Notes under the pieces: generated by a model
Told to the model about the DNA's origin: nothing
Seen by the model: only the letters and a program-made list of their open reading frames with translations
Database searches by the model: none
Translations under genes and position numbers: made by a program
DNA from: a bacterium
GTDB taxonomy: Bacteria > Patescibacteriota > Minisyncoccia > UBA6257 > JAGOQP01
Reading direction: 5' to 3'
Assembly: GCA_021801825.1 (NCBI GenBank)
Contig: JAJYXK010000013.1
Span: 1 to 45,740 of the forward strand
DNA: 45,740 bases
Shown here: piece by piece, positions 19,139 to 27,938 of the stretch
How positions within the stretch are numbered: the stretch's first letter is position 1
How the letters are laid out: the number at the start of each line of letters is the position of its first letter

Positions 19139-20530
19139 ATGAAACTTTGGATAAAAGATATTGTACATAAAGTTGATGAGACGGTACTTCTCGCAGGATG
19201 GGTTGCAAACCGTCGTGATCATGGAAAGCTTATTTTTATTGATTTGCGTGATCGAAGTGGGGTTTGTCAGGTGGTATTTGGTCCATGGTCTGGAGAAGAA
19301 ATTTACTCCCAAGCACAAAAATTGCGTAACGAATGGGTAATTCAGGTTGAGGGTTTGATAAAAAAACGACCCGATACCATGGTAAATCCTGATATTATAA
19401 CCGGAACTGTTGAGGTTGAGCCAAAAACTTTAGTAATTATGAATGAAGCAAAGACCCCACCGTTTCCGCTTGAGGGAGATGGGTATGATATTGATGAGGA
19501 TTTGCGTATGAAATATCGCTATCTTGATTTACGCCGCGAGCGTATGAAGAAGAATTTACTATTACGCAGTAAGGTATTGCAGCTCATTCGTGAGTTTATG
19601 ATACGTAATGATTTTGTAGAAGTTGAAACGCCAACACTCACCAAGTCTTCTCCAGAAGGCGCGCGTGATTTTCTTGTGCCATCACGATTGCAACCCGGAA
19701 AGTTCTACGCGCTTCCACAAGCTCCACAACAGTACAAACAACTACTTATGATTGCGGGGATAGAACGATATTTTCAGCTTGCGCACGCAATGCGCGATGA
19801 AGATCTTCGGGGAGATCGACAACTTGAGCATACACAAATAGATCTTGAAATGTCATTCACGACCGAGCAAGAGGTGCGTGATCTCGTAGAGAACCTTATG
19901 ACATATGTTGCAGAATCATGCGGGAAGAAAATCTTACAAAAACCATTTCCAGTTTTCACGCATGAGGAGGCGATGAAAAAATTCGGCGCGGATAAATTTG
20001 ATCTACGCGAACACAAAGATCCAAATATAATGGCGTTTGCATGGGTTATTGATTTTCCGCTCTTTGAGTGGGATGAAAATGCTAAGCGGTATACTTTTGC
20101 GCATAATCCGTTTTCTGCTCCAAAGCCCGAATGTGTGGAGCAGGTATTACGCAAAGAAGATATGGGTAATTTACGTGCTCAGCAATTTGATTTGGTATGT
20201 AATGGATATGAACTTGCCTCAGGAGGGGTCCGTATTTCAGATCCAGCAGTGCAAAGAAAGATTTTCGAGATCATGGGACTTTCAGAGGAGGAAACGGAAA
20301 AAAGATTTGGACATCTCATTCACGCGTATGAATATGGAGCACCTCCACACGCAGGAATGGGGCCTGGATTGGATAGATTTATTATGCTCTTAGCGGGTGA
20401 ACCAAATATTCGTGAGATAATTGCGTTCCCAGTTTCATCGAGTGGACAAACTTCCGTAATGGATGCCCCCTCAGAGATTGAAGAAAGGCAGCTAGAGGAG
20501 TTATATATTGAAATCCGTCACAAAAAATAG
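19139..20530 (+). CDS. aspS: aspartyl-tRNA synthetase (short, GAD-less)
   Basis: RRDHG, EGARDF, PQQYKQ, GAPPHAG. Confidence 0.95.
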   Translation: MKLWIKDIVHKVDETVLLAGWVANRRDHGKLIFIDLRDRSGVCQVVFGPWSGEEIYSQAQKLRNEWVIQVEGLIKKRPDTMVNPDIITGTVEVEPKTLVIMNEAKTPPFPLEGDGYDIDEDLRMKYRYLDLRRERMKKNLLLRSKVLQLIREFMIRNDFVEVETPTLTKSSPEGARDFLVPSRLQPGKFYALPQAPQQYKQLLMIAGIERYFQLAHAMRDEDLRGDRQLEHTQIDLEMSFTTEQEVRDLVENLMTYVAESCGKKILQKPFPVFTHEEAMKKFGADKFDLREHKDPNIMAFAWVIDFPLFEWDENAKRYTFAHNPFSAPKPECVEQVLRKEDMGNLRAQQFDLVCNGYELASGGVRISDPAVQRKIFEIMGLSEEETEKRFGHLIHAYEYGAPPHAGMGPGLDRFIMLLAGEPNIREIIAFPVSSSGQTSVMDAPSEIEERQLEELYIEIRHKK

Positions 20531-20571
20531 TAGTGTTATAAGCATTATTTACTAATTATTATAATCCATAT

Positions 20572-21648
20572 ATGAAAGGAGTATCTTTTCCTTTGTTCAA
20601 AACAAAACTTGAAAACGAATCAAAGAAATTTAACTTGGAGGATCCGATAGGACGCAAGGAATATTTTGTTACCAAAGCTCAACCAGATATTGAAAAAATT
20701 AAAGAATATTTAGATGGTGGAAACACCTTTTTAGCAATTCTGCTTGGAAAGAAAAATTCAGGTAAGGGAACGTATTCAAAACTATTTGCAGAGGCAGTTG
20801 GAAAGGAGCGTGTTTTACATATATCGGTGGGGGATATGGTGAGAGAGTTAGATACTATTGTGCATGACGAATCGCAACGAGCGGAACTTGAAGAATTTCT
20901 TAAAAAACACTACCGCTCTTCAATGCCACTGGATGAAGCGTTGGAAGCTATAAAGTCTCGCTCTACCCAATTTTTGTTGCCAACTGAGTTAATTCTTTCT
21001 CTCTTGCGTCGTAAGATTGAGAATGTAAAAGGAAAAGCAATTTTTATTGATGGATTTCCAAGAAATCTTGATCAGATTTCATATTCACTTTATTTCCGTC
21101 AGATTATGGGATTTAAAGATGACCCAGACTTTTTTGTGTTTATTGATGTTCCGGAAAATATTATTGATGAACGCATGAAATATAGAGTTATCTGTCCTAT
21201 TTGTCATGTACCACGCAATCCTCGTTTGTTAAAAACAAAGGACGTCGGATATGATGCTTCTACAAAAGAATTTTATTTAATGTGTGATGATCCTGCGTGT
21301 AATAAGTCCCGCATGGTTCCAAAAGAAGGAGATAGTCTTGGGATAGAAGCGATCCGAGAACGTATTGAGTTAGATGACACTATTATGCGTTCATTATTAG
21401 ATATGGATGGGGTGTCAAAAATATATCTTCGTAATGCATACCCTGTTTCTGAGGCTCCTACATATATTGCTGACTATGAAATAACCCCTGGATATTTCTA
21501 TTCGTGGGATGAGGCAAATCAAAAGGTAATTACCGAAGAAAAGCCATGGACAACGTTTGATGAGAATGGAGTTGAATCATACAGCCTTTTCCCTGCTCCT
21601 ATTGTTGTTTCTCTTTTGCATCAAATAGCAGAGAAGTTAAGCTCGTAG
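20572..21648 (+). CDS. adenylate kinase-like nucleoside monophosphate kinase
   Basis: GKKNSGKGT, HISVGD, DGFPR, Cys-containing lid. Confidence 0.75.
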   Translation: MKGVSFPLFKTKLENESKKFNLEDPIGRKEYFVTKAQPDIEKIKEYLDGGNTFLAILLGKKNSGKGTYSKLFAEAVGKERVLHISVGDMVRELDTIVHDESQRAELEEFLKKHYRSSMPLDEALEAIKSRSTQFLLPTELILSLLRRKIENVKGKAIFIDGFPRNLDQISYSLYFRQIMGFKDDPDFFVFIDVPENIIDERMKYRVICPICHVPRNPRLLKTKDVGYDASTKEFYLMCDDPACNKSRMVPKEGDSLGIEAIRERIELDDTIMRSLLDMDGVSKIYLRNAYPVSEAPTYIADYEITPGYFYSWDEANQKVITEEKPWTTFDENGVESYSLFPAPIVVSLLHQIAEKLSS

Positions 21649-21677
21649 TTGACTTTTCTGCCTTTCGGGTGTATCTT
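21649..21677 (+). promoter_or_regulatory. sigma70 promoter
   Basis: TTGACT, 17-bp spacer, TATCTT; predicted +1 near 21684. Confidence 0.7.
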
Positions 21678-21683
21678 TCGGCT

Positions 21684-21809
21684 AGAGTCCTACTAATATT
21701 TTTCCGAATCAAATATTAAGTTTAGGGAGGACGAATCTATGCATACCGAGGTATTCATATGAGTCCACCCACCTGACATATAGTCGGGAAAAACTTTCAG
21801 TAGGGCTCT
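21684..21809 (+). ncRNA. rod-shaped structured RNA, 6S RNA-like candidate
   Basis: AGAGTCCTACT/AGTAGGGCTCT closing stem, TTTTTCCGA/TCGGGAAAAA, central A/U-rich bubble, then GGG-GGAC/GTCC-CCC apical stem. Confidence 0.5.
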
Positions 21810-21828
21810 TTTAACTCGTTTATTTTTT

Positions 21829-22017
21829 ATGAAAACCTGTTCAATCTGCAATAAGGGATCGCAAATGGGTGGAACTCGCATAAAATTGCGTGGAAATTAT
21901 AATCCAACAAACTGGTCTCGCAAATATCCAAATTTACAGAAAACAAAAACCGCGAAAGGAGAGCGTGTGATTGCGTGTACCAAGTGTATTAAGAGAATGG
22001 CAAAGGACGCAAAATAA
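21829..22017 (+). CDS. rpmB: 50S ribosomal protein L28 (Cys-containing form)
   Basis: CSIC...PNLQ...CTKCIK. Confidence 0.9.
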   Translation: MKTCSICNKGSQMGGTRIKLRGNYNPTNWSRKYPNLQKTKTAKGERVIACTKCIKRMAKDAK

Positions 22018-22034
22018 TTTTTCAACTACTGTAA

Positions 22035-22062
22035 AAAAAGAACCTCAACAGAGGTTCTTTTT
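22035..22062 (+). terminator. intrinsic terminator
   Basis: AAAAAGAACCTC-AACA-GAGGTTCTTTTT. Confidence 0.8.
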
Positions 22063-22134
22063 GTTTCAGGAAACTTTGTACTTTGGTGTGTGGGGTTGTT
22101 GGTGAGTTTTTGTTATGATTCTCAAAATTTGCTT

Positions 22135-22170
22135 GTCCAAGATTTTTGACGATCGTCAAAAATCTTGGAC
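22135..22170. repeat. 36-bp perfect palindrome
   Basis: GTCCAAGATTTTTGACGA|TCGTCAAAAATCTTGGAC with no loop. Confidence 0.9.
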
Positions 22171-22288
22171 TTTTTGTTTTTGTGGTATTTTGCGGTATCA
22201 TAGATTAGGTTATTATGTATAAGGATTATTATTAATTAACTATAACCATGTATTGCGCGTATGCGCATAGCATGGTTGATACATTGGA

Positions 22289-23119
22289 ATGAAACCACGT
22301 CTTGTAAAAGCATCGGGAGAAATAGAATCATTTAATGAGAAAAAACTTGCCGAATCATTACGTCGCGCAGGAGCCTCTCGCAAACTTATTTCTCATACAC
22401 TTGCCGTAGTTCGTCCGAGAGAAAATCAGAAAGTTACTACGCATGTTTTGTATAATAAAGTTTTTAATACTTTGTGGAAGCTAGATAAGGGAACCGCGCA
22501 GCGATATTCACTCAAGCGTGCAATTATGAATCTAGGTCCAGCGGGACACGTGTTTGAGTCATTTGTGGGCCGTATCTTCCAGGAGCATGGATATGAGGTT
22601 CGTGTAGCGCAGATAGTGCAGGGAAAATGTGTAGCTCATGAGGTTGATGTCTTGGCGCGTAAAGAAAATAAACACTACATGATTGAGTGCAAATATCATA
22701 ATCAGATGGGTGTTCGATCTGATGTGAAAGTAGCGCTGTATACCTATAGTAGATTTCTAGATATTAAGTCTGCGTGGGAAATGTCGGAAAAAGGAGGGGA
22801 TATTCACCAAGGATGGCTTATTACAAATACTCGTCCGACTTCAGAAGCGATTGCGTATGCGGAATGTGTGGGGGTTCGTATTATTGCGTGGCGGTATCCG
22901 CGGGGAGCTGGACTGGATTATTTCATAGAATCAAAACAGTTATATCCGGTAACTATTATCCCTTCATTTCCTACCTCTATGGCGGAAAAAGCTTCAAACG
23001 ATGGAATTTTATTGGTCCACGACATATTACAAAAACGTCCCGAAGAACTTGCTCATTTATTTATGATTGATATGCGTCAAGCGCAACGTATTTTAAATGA
23101 AGCAAGGGCGTTAGGGTAA
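22289..23119 (+). CDS. ATP-cone plus Mrr-like restriction endonuclease-domain protein
   Basis: 'VKASGEIESFNEKKL' ATP cone; FE...HEVDV...IECK nuclease motif. Confidence 0.85.
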   Translation: MKPRLVKASGEIESFNEKKLAESLRRAGASRKLISHTLAVVRPRENQKVTTHVLYNKVFNTLWKLDKGTAQRYSLKRAIMNLGPAGHVFESFVGRIFQEHGYEVRVAQIVQGKCVAHEVDVLARKENKHYMIECKYHNQMGVRSDVKVALYTYSRFLDIKSAWEMSEKGGDIHQGWLITNTRPTSEAIAYAECVGVRIIAWRYPRGAGLDYFIESKQLYPVTIIPSFPTSMAEKASNDGILLVHDILQKRPEELAHLFMIDMRQAQRILNEARALG

Positions 23120-23161
23120 ATTTGTTTTTTCCCATTAAACAAGGTAATTTAATGAGACTAA

Positions 23162-23232
23162 CGGGCTGTAGTATAACGGCAGTATACACCCTTGGGGTGG
23201 GTGCGACCCGGGTTCAATTCCCGGCAGCCCGA
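23162..23232 (+). tRNA. tRNA-Pro(GGG)
   Basis: Cloverleaf; CACCC-TTGGGGT-GGGTG anticodon arm; GGTTCAATTCC T-arm; no encoded CCA. Confidence 0.93.
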
Positions 23233-23388
23233 CAGAAAACAAAATATTTTCTTAGTTTTTATTAAAAATGGTTTGATTTGACTATTTTTAAGGTTTGGTT
23301 CATATTGAAACTCCTTTTACTCCCATTCGTTGTAATAGGTATAAAAACCCTATTTTTACCGCATTCTTAAGTAATGTGGCTATATTTT

Positions 23389-25194
23389 ATGCGTATTTCA
23401 CCATTTTTTTCATTTTTAAGACGGATTTATGCCTATATACGACCGTTTCGTTGGCATTTTTTGGCGTCCCTTGGTTTTGTGGCTTTTGCGCAGGGGGTGT
23501 CTATTATTACTCCGCTTATTTATGGGAAGATTGTTGATACGCTTTTTATTAATTCTTCTTTTGCTCAGGCGGCATGGTTGGTGGGAGCTTTGTTCGGCTT
23601 GTGGATTGTTAATTTAATTGTTGGTTATTTTAGAGATAAATATGAATTGAAACACCTTGATTTTTGGGTTGATAAACATACGGCGAAAGTTTCCTTTTCA
23701 AAATTTTTGTCTCTTTCTATTGGACAACACAACAATCATCACTCGGGAATCAAACAAAATATTATGGATCAGGGGAGACATTCTTTGTCTGCATTAACGT
23801 ATACGTTTTTGTACGACGTGTTTCCTGATCTCATTCGTTTAATTTTTATCTTAATTGCCATTACGTGGTCTGATCTTACTATTGGCGCAGTTGTGTGGGC
23901 GGGAGCAGTTCTGTTTTTGGTTGTTTCTCTCTTCTTAAATAATAAATTTCATCCTCGCGTGCGCGCGTTGAAAGATATGGCTGATGAAAATGGGAAAGTT
24001 GAATCTGAAATTCTTAGAAATGTTGAGTTGATTCAGGTAAATGCGCAAGAAGAAAAAGCGTTGGGAGAAATTGAAGCGAGTAATCAAAAAATGGGGGAAC
24101 ATGGCGCCACGACATGGTTGTGGTTTGCATTTGCGTCTCGTCTCCGTGACACCATCTCCATTGGAACTCGTGTTGTGGTCATGCTGTTGGGGGTATGGTA
24201 TGTATCGCGAGGGCTTTTCCTTCCTGGATATATCGTAGTGTTATTCTCTTGGTCAACAGACGCATTCAGTCGTCTTTCTGAGCTTGGATATATTCATCGT
24301 CGTTTGCTTGATATGGGTACTTCGGTCCAAAAGTTATTTGAATTTTTTGATGTTCCTCCGGCAGTTGTTTCTGTTGCTTCACCTGCAGCTTCTATTATCG
24401 GATCTGTTTCATTTGATCATGTCTCGTTTACCTATCCTCGGCGTAGATATATCACCAGTGATTCTGACAAAGATGATGACGTGGTAGTTGAATCGTCCTT
24501 AAAGCCGGCGTTACAAGATGTTTCTTTCACCATACCTGCGGGTTCACGAGTTGCTATCGTGGGACCTTCGGGGGCGGGTAAATCAACCATTGTACACTTG
24601 TTATTACGCGCCTATGATCCCGACCAAGGACATATTTTGGTGGATGGAACAGATATTAGGGGTTTGCATTTATCAACGTATCGTCGATCCATTGGGTTGG
24701 TTGAACAACAAGTGGCGCTGTTTGATAATACGCTACGATACAATCTTACCTTCGGAAGAAATATTTCTGATCCTGTTCTTTCTGATACCGAGTTACTTAC
24801 GATAGCGCGCATTTCCCGTGTTGATGGATTTATTCATAAGTTAGAAAAAGGATTTGATACTATTATTGGAGAAAAGGGAATAAAACTTTCTGGAGGAGAG
24901 CGGCAACGAGTGGGTATTGCACGTGCGCTCGCGAAAAATCCTCGTATATTAGTTTTTGATGAGGCTACGTCTAGTCTTGATACTGAGAATGAACATCTCA
25001 TTCAGGAATCTATGCGCGATGCTTCAAAAGGACGCACTACTATTGTAATTGCGCACAGACTTTCTACGGTGAAGGATTCCGATCAGATTATTGTTTTGGA
25101 AGAGGGGAGAGTAGTTGGTGTTGGGACACACAAAGAGCTTCTTAAATCGTGTTCTACGTATGAAACTTTAGTAAAACATCAATTGGAAAAATAA
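23389..25194 (+). CDS. ABC exporter, fused permease/ATPase
   Basis: TM domain, GPSGAGKS, LSGGERQR, DEATS, AHRLST. Confidence 0.93.
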   Translation: MRISPFFSFLRRIYAYIRPFRWHFLASLGFVAFAQGVSIITPLIYGKIVDTLFINSSFAQAAWLVGALFGLWIVNLIVGYFRDKYELKHLDFWVDKHTAKVSFSKFLSLSIGQHNNHHSGIKQNIMDQGRHSLSALTYTFLYDVFPDLIRLIFILIAITWSDLTIGAVVWAGAVLFLVVSLFLNNKFHPRVRALKDMADENGKVESEILRNVELIQVNAQEEKALGEIEASNQKMGEHGATTWLWFAFASRLRDTISIGTRVVVMLLGVWYVSRGLFLPGYIVVLFSWSTDAFSRLSELGYIHRRLLDMGTSVQKLFEFFDVPPAVVSVASPAASIIGSVSFDHVSFTYPRRRYITSDSDKDDDVVVESSLKPALQDVSFTIPAGSRVAIVGPSGAGKSTIVHLLLRAYDPDQGHILVDGTDIRGLHLSTYRRSIGLVEQQVALFDNTLRYNLTFGRNISDPVLSDTELLTIARISRVDGFIHKLEKGFDTIIGEKGIKLSGGERQRVGIARALAKNPRILVFDEATSSLDTENEHLIQESMRDASKGRTTIVIAHRLSTVKDSDQIIVLEEGRVVGVGTHKELLKSCSTYETLVKHQLEK

Positions 25195-25237
25195 CATTCT
25201 TTTTTTCTCGTTGGGTAATGTGTTATACTAATTTCAT

Positions 25238-26188
25238 ATGGAACAGAAATCTAATGCACTTGAAAGTACACGCGTAGTTATTATTGGAAGTGGTTTTGTA
25301 GGATCTACTGCGGCGTTTGCTATTTTGGCGCAAGGTATTTCCTCTGAAGTGGTTCTTATTGATGTTAATAAAGAAAAGTGTATAGGAGAGATTCTTGATT
25401 TAGAACAAGCGGCTTCTTTTGTGCCACGCGCAAAGATATGGGCGGGGGATTATTCTGATTGCGCAGATGCGGATATTATTGTTATTACCGCGGGCGTTGG
25501 TCAAAAGCCGGGCCAAACACGTATGGAAATAGCAGATGTTGATGCCAAGATTATGAAAGAGATTATCTCTAATATACGACCGTATGCAACAAATGCTATT
25601 ATCTTAGTTGTGAGTAATCCGCTTGATGTTATGACGTATGTGGCACTAAAAGAATCTGGCCTTCCTAAGCAAAAAGTTTTTGGTACGGGAACGACACTTG
25701 ATTCTGCTCGCCTCCGATACTATTTAGGTAACGAGTTTCATCTTGATCCTGAAAATATTGAAGCCTATATTTTAGGTGAACACGGAGACACCTCTGTTCC
25801 TATTATTTCTCATATGAATGTTATGGGTGAATCACTTACAAATTTTCCCGAATATTCTGAAGATAAAGTACAAAAAGCATTTTTTAATGCTCGAGACGCC
25901 GCGTATGAAATCATCAAACGAAAAGGAGCGACGTACTATGCTATCGCATTTGTTATCGCTCGTATGGTGCGTGCCATATTAGATGATGAGGGGCACGCGT
26001 TTCCTGTTTCTACTCTTTTGGAGGGAGAATTTGGATTGCATGATGTGTGTTTGTCAGTGCCCGCTTTAGTCGGAAGATCGGGGATACAAAAAATCATTCC
26101 CCTTACACTTTCGGAATTTGAGCAGGAGCAGTTACAGAAATCAGCGCAAGCTATTAAATCGGTGATTGATACCGTATTGCCAAAATAA
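25238..26188 (+). CDS. ldh: L-lactate dehydrogenase
   Basis: GSGFVG, QKPGQTR, NPLD, LDSAR, GEHGD. Confidence 0.93.
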   Translation: MEQKSNALESTRVVIIGSGFVGSTAAFAILAQGISSEVVLIDVNKEKCIGEILDLEQAASFVPRAKIWAGDYSDCADADIIVITAGVGQKPGQTRMEIADVDAKIMKEIISNIRPYATNAIILVVSNPLDVMTYVALKESGLPKQKVFGTGTTLDSARLRYYLGNEFHLDPENIEAYILGEHGDTSVPIISHMNVMGESLTNFPEYSEDKVQKAFFNARDAAYEIIKRKGATYYAIAFVIARMVRAILDDEGHAFPVSTLLEGEFGLHDVCLSVPALVGRSGIQKIIPLTLSEFEQEQLQKSAQAIKSVIDTVLPK

Positions 26189-26196
26189 ATGTTTTG

Positions 26197-26267
26197 TCGG
26201 GGTGCCGAGAATTGAACTCGGTCTACACGCACCCGAAGCGTGCGTACTACCGGCATACGCCACCCCG
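26197..26267 (-). tRNA. tRNA-Pro(CGG)
   Basis: Reverse complement CGGGGTG...CACGC-TTCGGGT-GCGTG...GTTCAATTC...CACCCCGA. Confidence 0.93.
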
Positions 26268-26311
26268 TTACCAAAAAACATATCACGCTATTATAAAAAA
26301 GTGAAGCAATT

Positions 26312-26989
26312 ATGAAAAGAAAATCTTTTTCTCCTGATAATTTTGTTGAACCCAACATTGATGATGCGATGAAGAAAATGCATACCAATGAGTACATGGA
26401 CTATTTGGATCATTCCGAAAATGAGGAATGCCCCGATGATTTTGAGGCTGTATCTCTAATACAGAAGAATAATCTCCAATTGAAATATGAATCTTGCCCC
26501 GTACACGATCAAAAAATATTCGCTGAAATTGAACAAGGGTCGTTTGCTCACCTGAATGAACTTACGACACTTCCTGATTCTATCGCAGAGATTATTTCAC
26601 GAAAATTAAGCTTTCTAAATCTTGCAGGAATTATTGATTTAACCCTAGAAGCGGCTCATTTTCTAGGTAACCATAAGGGTAGGTTGTTTTTGTGTGGAGT
26701 TATTTCCTTCCAACCTGGGGTTGCTCAAGAATTAGGACATCACGAAGGATTTTTGGACTTAGCGCGACTTGCGACAATTTCTTATGAAGATGCGTGTGCA
26801 TTATCTCAACAGAAAGGAGATTTGCGACTTTCGGAATTGTGTTTGAATTTTGACGCCGATCATGCTGCAGAGTCAGAAAAAATACTTCGCGCCTTTGTTT
26901 ATCATGAAGGAGAAATATTATTTTCCCCAGATTTACAAAGTAAATTTGAGCTATATAAAGAAGAATCAAAATTTAAGAAAGTTATATAA
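26312..26989 (+). CDS. hypothetical protein with ~22-aa LRR-like repeats
   Basis: AAHFLGNHKGRLFL / VAQELGHHEGFLDL / DACALSQQKGDLRL. Confidence 0.6.
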   Translation: MKRKSFSPDNFVEPNIDDAMKKMHTNEYMDYLDHSENEECPDDFEAVSLIQKNNLQLKYESCPVHDQKIFAEIEQGSFAHLNELTTLPDSIAEIISRKLSFLNLAGIIDLTLEAAHFLGNHKGRLFLCGVISFQPGVAQELGHHEGFLDLARLATISYEDACALSQQKGDLRLSELCLNFDADHAAESEKILRAFVYHEGEILFSPDLQSKFELYKEESKFKKVI

Positions 26990-26990
26990 T

Positions 26991-27332
26991 ATGATTACTT
27001 ACGAAGAATTTAAAAAGGTAGAACTACAAACGGTTGTTATAAAACATGCTGAGTGTGTAGAAGGATCGGAAAAGTTATTACGCTTGGAAGTTTGTGATGG
27101 AAAATTGGAAACAGGCGAAGATAGAATGAGACAGATTGTTGCTGGTGTGGGAACAGTATATCAACCAGAGACTCTTGTGGGAAAGACGATTGTTATTGTG
27201 GCTAATTTAGAGCCACGAAAACTTATGGGATTAGAAAGTCAGGGGATGCTCCTTGCGGCGAGTAATGAAAGTGAAGGGCCTATTCTTCTTACTACTATGA
27301 GCGACATCGTCCCGGGAAGCGAGATTAAATAA
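26991..27332 (+). CDS. stand-alone tRNA-binding OB-fold protein (MetRS C-terminal/CsaA-like)
   Basis: MITYEEF, RQIVAG, NLEPRKLMGLESQGMLLAA; start reassigned to ATG 26991. Confidence 0.88.
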   Translation: MITYEEFKKVELQTVVIKHAECVEGSEKLLRLEVCDGKLETGEDRMRQIVAGVGTVYQPETLVGKTIVIVANLEPRKLMGLESQGMLLAASNESEGPILLTTMSDIVPGSEIK

Positions 27333-27390
27333 CTATTTCATTTCTGTATAAATGATGCTATGCTTCATCTAGAACTAAACTGGAGTATAT

Positions 27391-27495
27391 ATGGGACTAG
27401 GGCATTATGTTGTCGGAGCGTTTTTCCTCGGATATTTTATTGTGCTCTTCTATATTGTGTTTTATAAGGAAAAAGAAAAAGGTGGCTCAAAATAA
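27391..27495 (+). CDS. small membrane protein (34 aa)
   Basis: MGLGHYVVGAFFLGYFIVLFYIVFYKEKEKGGSK*; GGAG RBS at 27382. Confidence 0.5.
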   Translation: MGLGHYVVGAFFLGYFIVLFYIVFYKEKEKGGSK

Positions 27496-27633
27496 TTGTG
27501 ATAATTATGAGGTGCCTTTTTTTGATTTCTTATTATAAAAATAAAATAACTCTTAAAGAGTCGTTTCTATTCAGTGGGTCTTATCCCTATTGTGCATCGG
27601 GATGACCTCGTTATGATGTTTATTTTTGAGTGT

Positions 27634-27729
27634 GTGGACTTGGTACGAAACCAGTGGAACGAAATATTGCGAGAATTGGCCGAATGGAATCAGCTCAAGA
27701 TCGCTGAAGCACTGCTTGCTACCAGATAA
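27634..27729 (+). other. left att junction with displaced recombinase C-terminal coding segment
   Basis: Start-less frame VDLVRNQWNEILRELAEWNQLKIAEALLATR* beginning at GTG GAC, same phase as V507-D508 of ORF 44101. Confidence 0.7.
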
Positions 27730-27793
27730 TGACAGTTTAGCCGATTTTTCCGAGTTTGTGAATGGAACTAACCGGACCCGAACTTAGCTCACC

Positions 27794-27922
27794 GATTTCT
27801 GCCCCGTGTTTGCCCCTTGGGCGAGCTTTGTACCAAGAGTAGACGTTTGATGCCATCCTTGACCGTAACCCACCGGTTTGACCAAAATCGAGAGCCTAAA
27901 AACGATTTGCTTAATTTAAGCA
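27794..27922 (+). repeat. degenerate ~130-bp direct repeat, copy 1
   Basis: GTTTGCCCC(T)TGGGCGAGC and CGATTTGCTTAA blocks, ~95 bp apart, recur at 35263-35399. Confidence 0.6.
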
Positions 27923-27938
27923 ATTCACATCGAGTGTT

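Noticed and set aside
21693-21881. 62-aa minus-strand ORF
   Set aside because: Antisense to rpmB and to the structured RNA
23389-25194. ABC exporter as the RiPP transporter
   Set aside because: 17 kb away, outside the islet, and has no C39 peptidase domain
26850-26990. N-terminal extension of the tRNA-binding protein
   Set aside because: Overlaps the upstream gene; the family-typical start is MITYEEF
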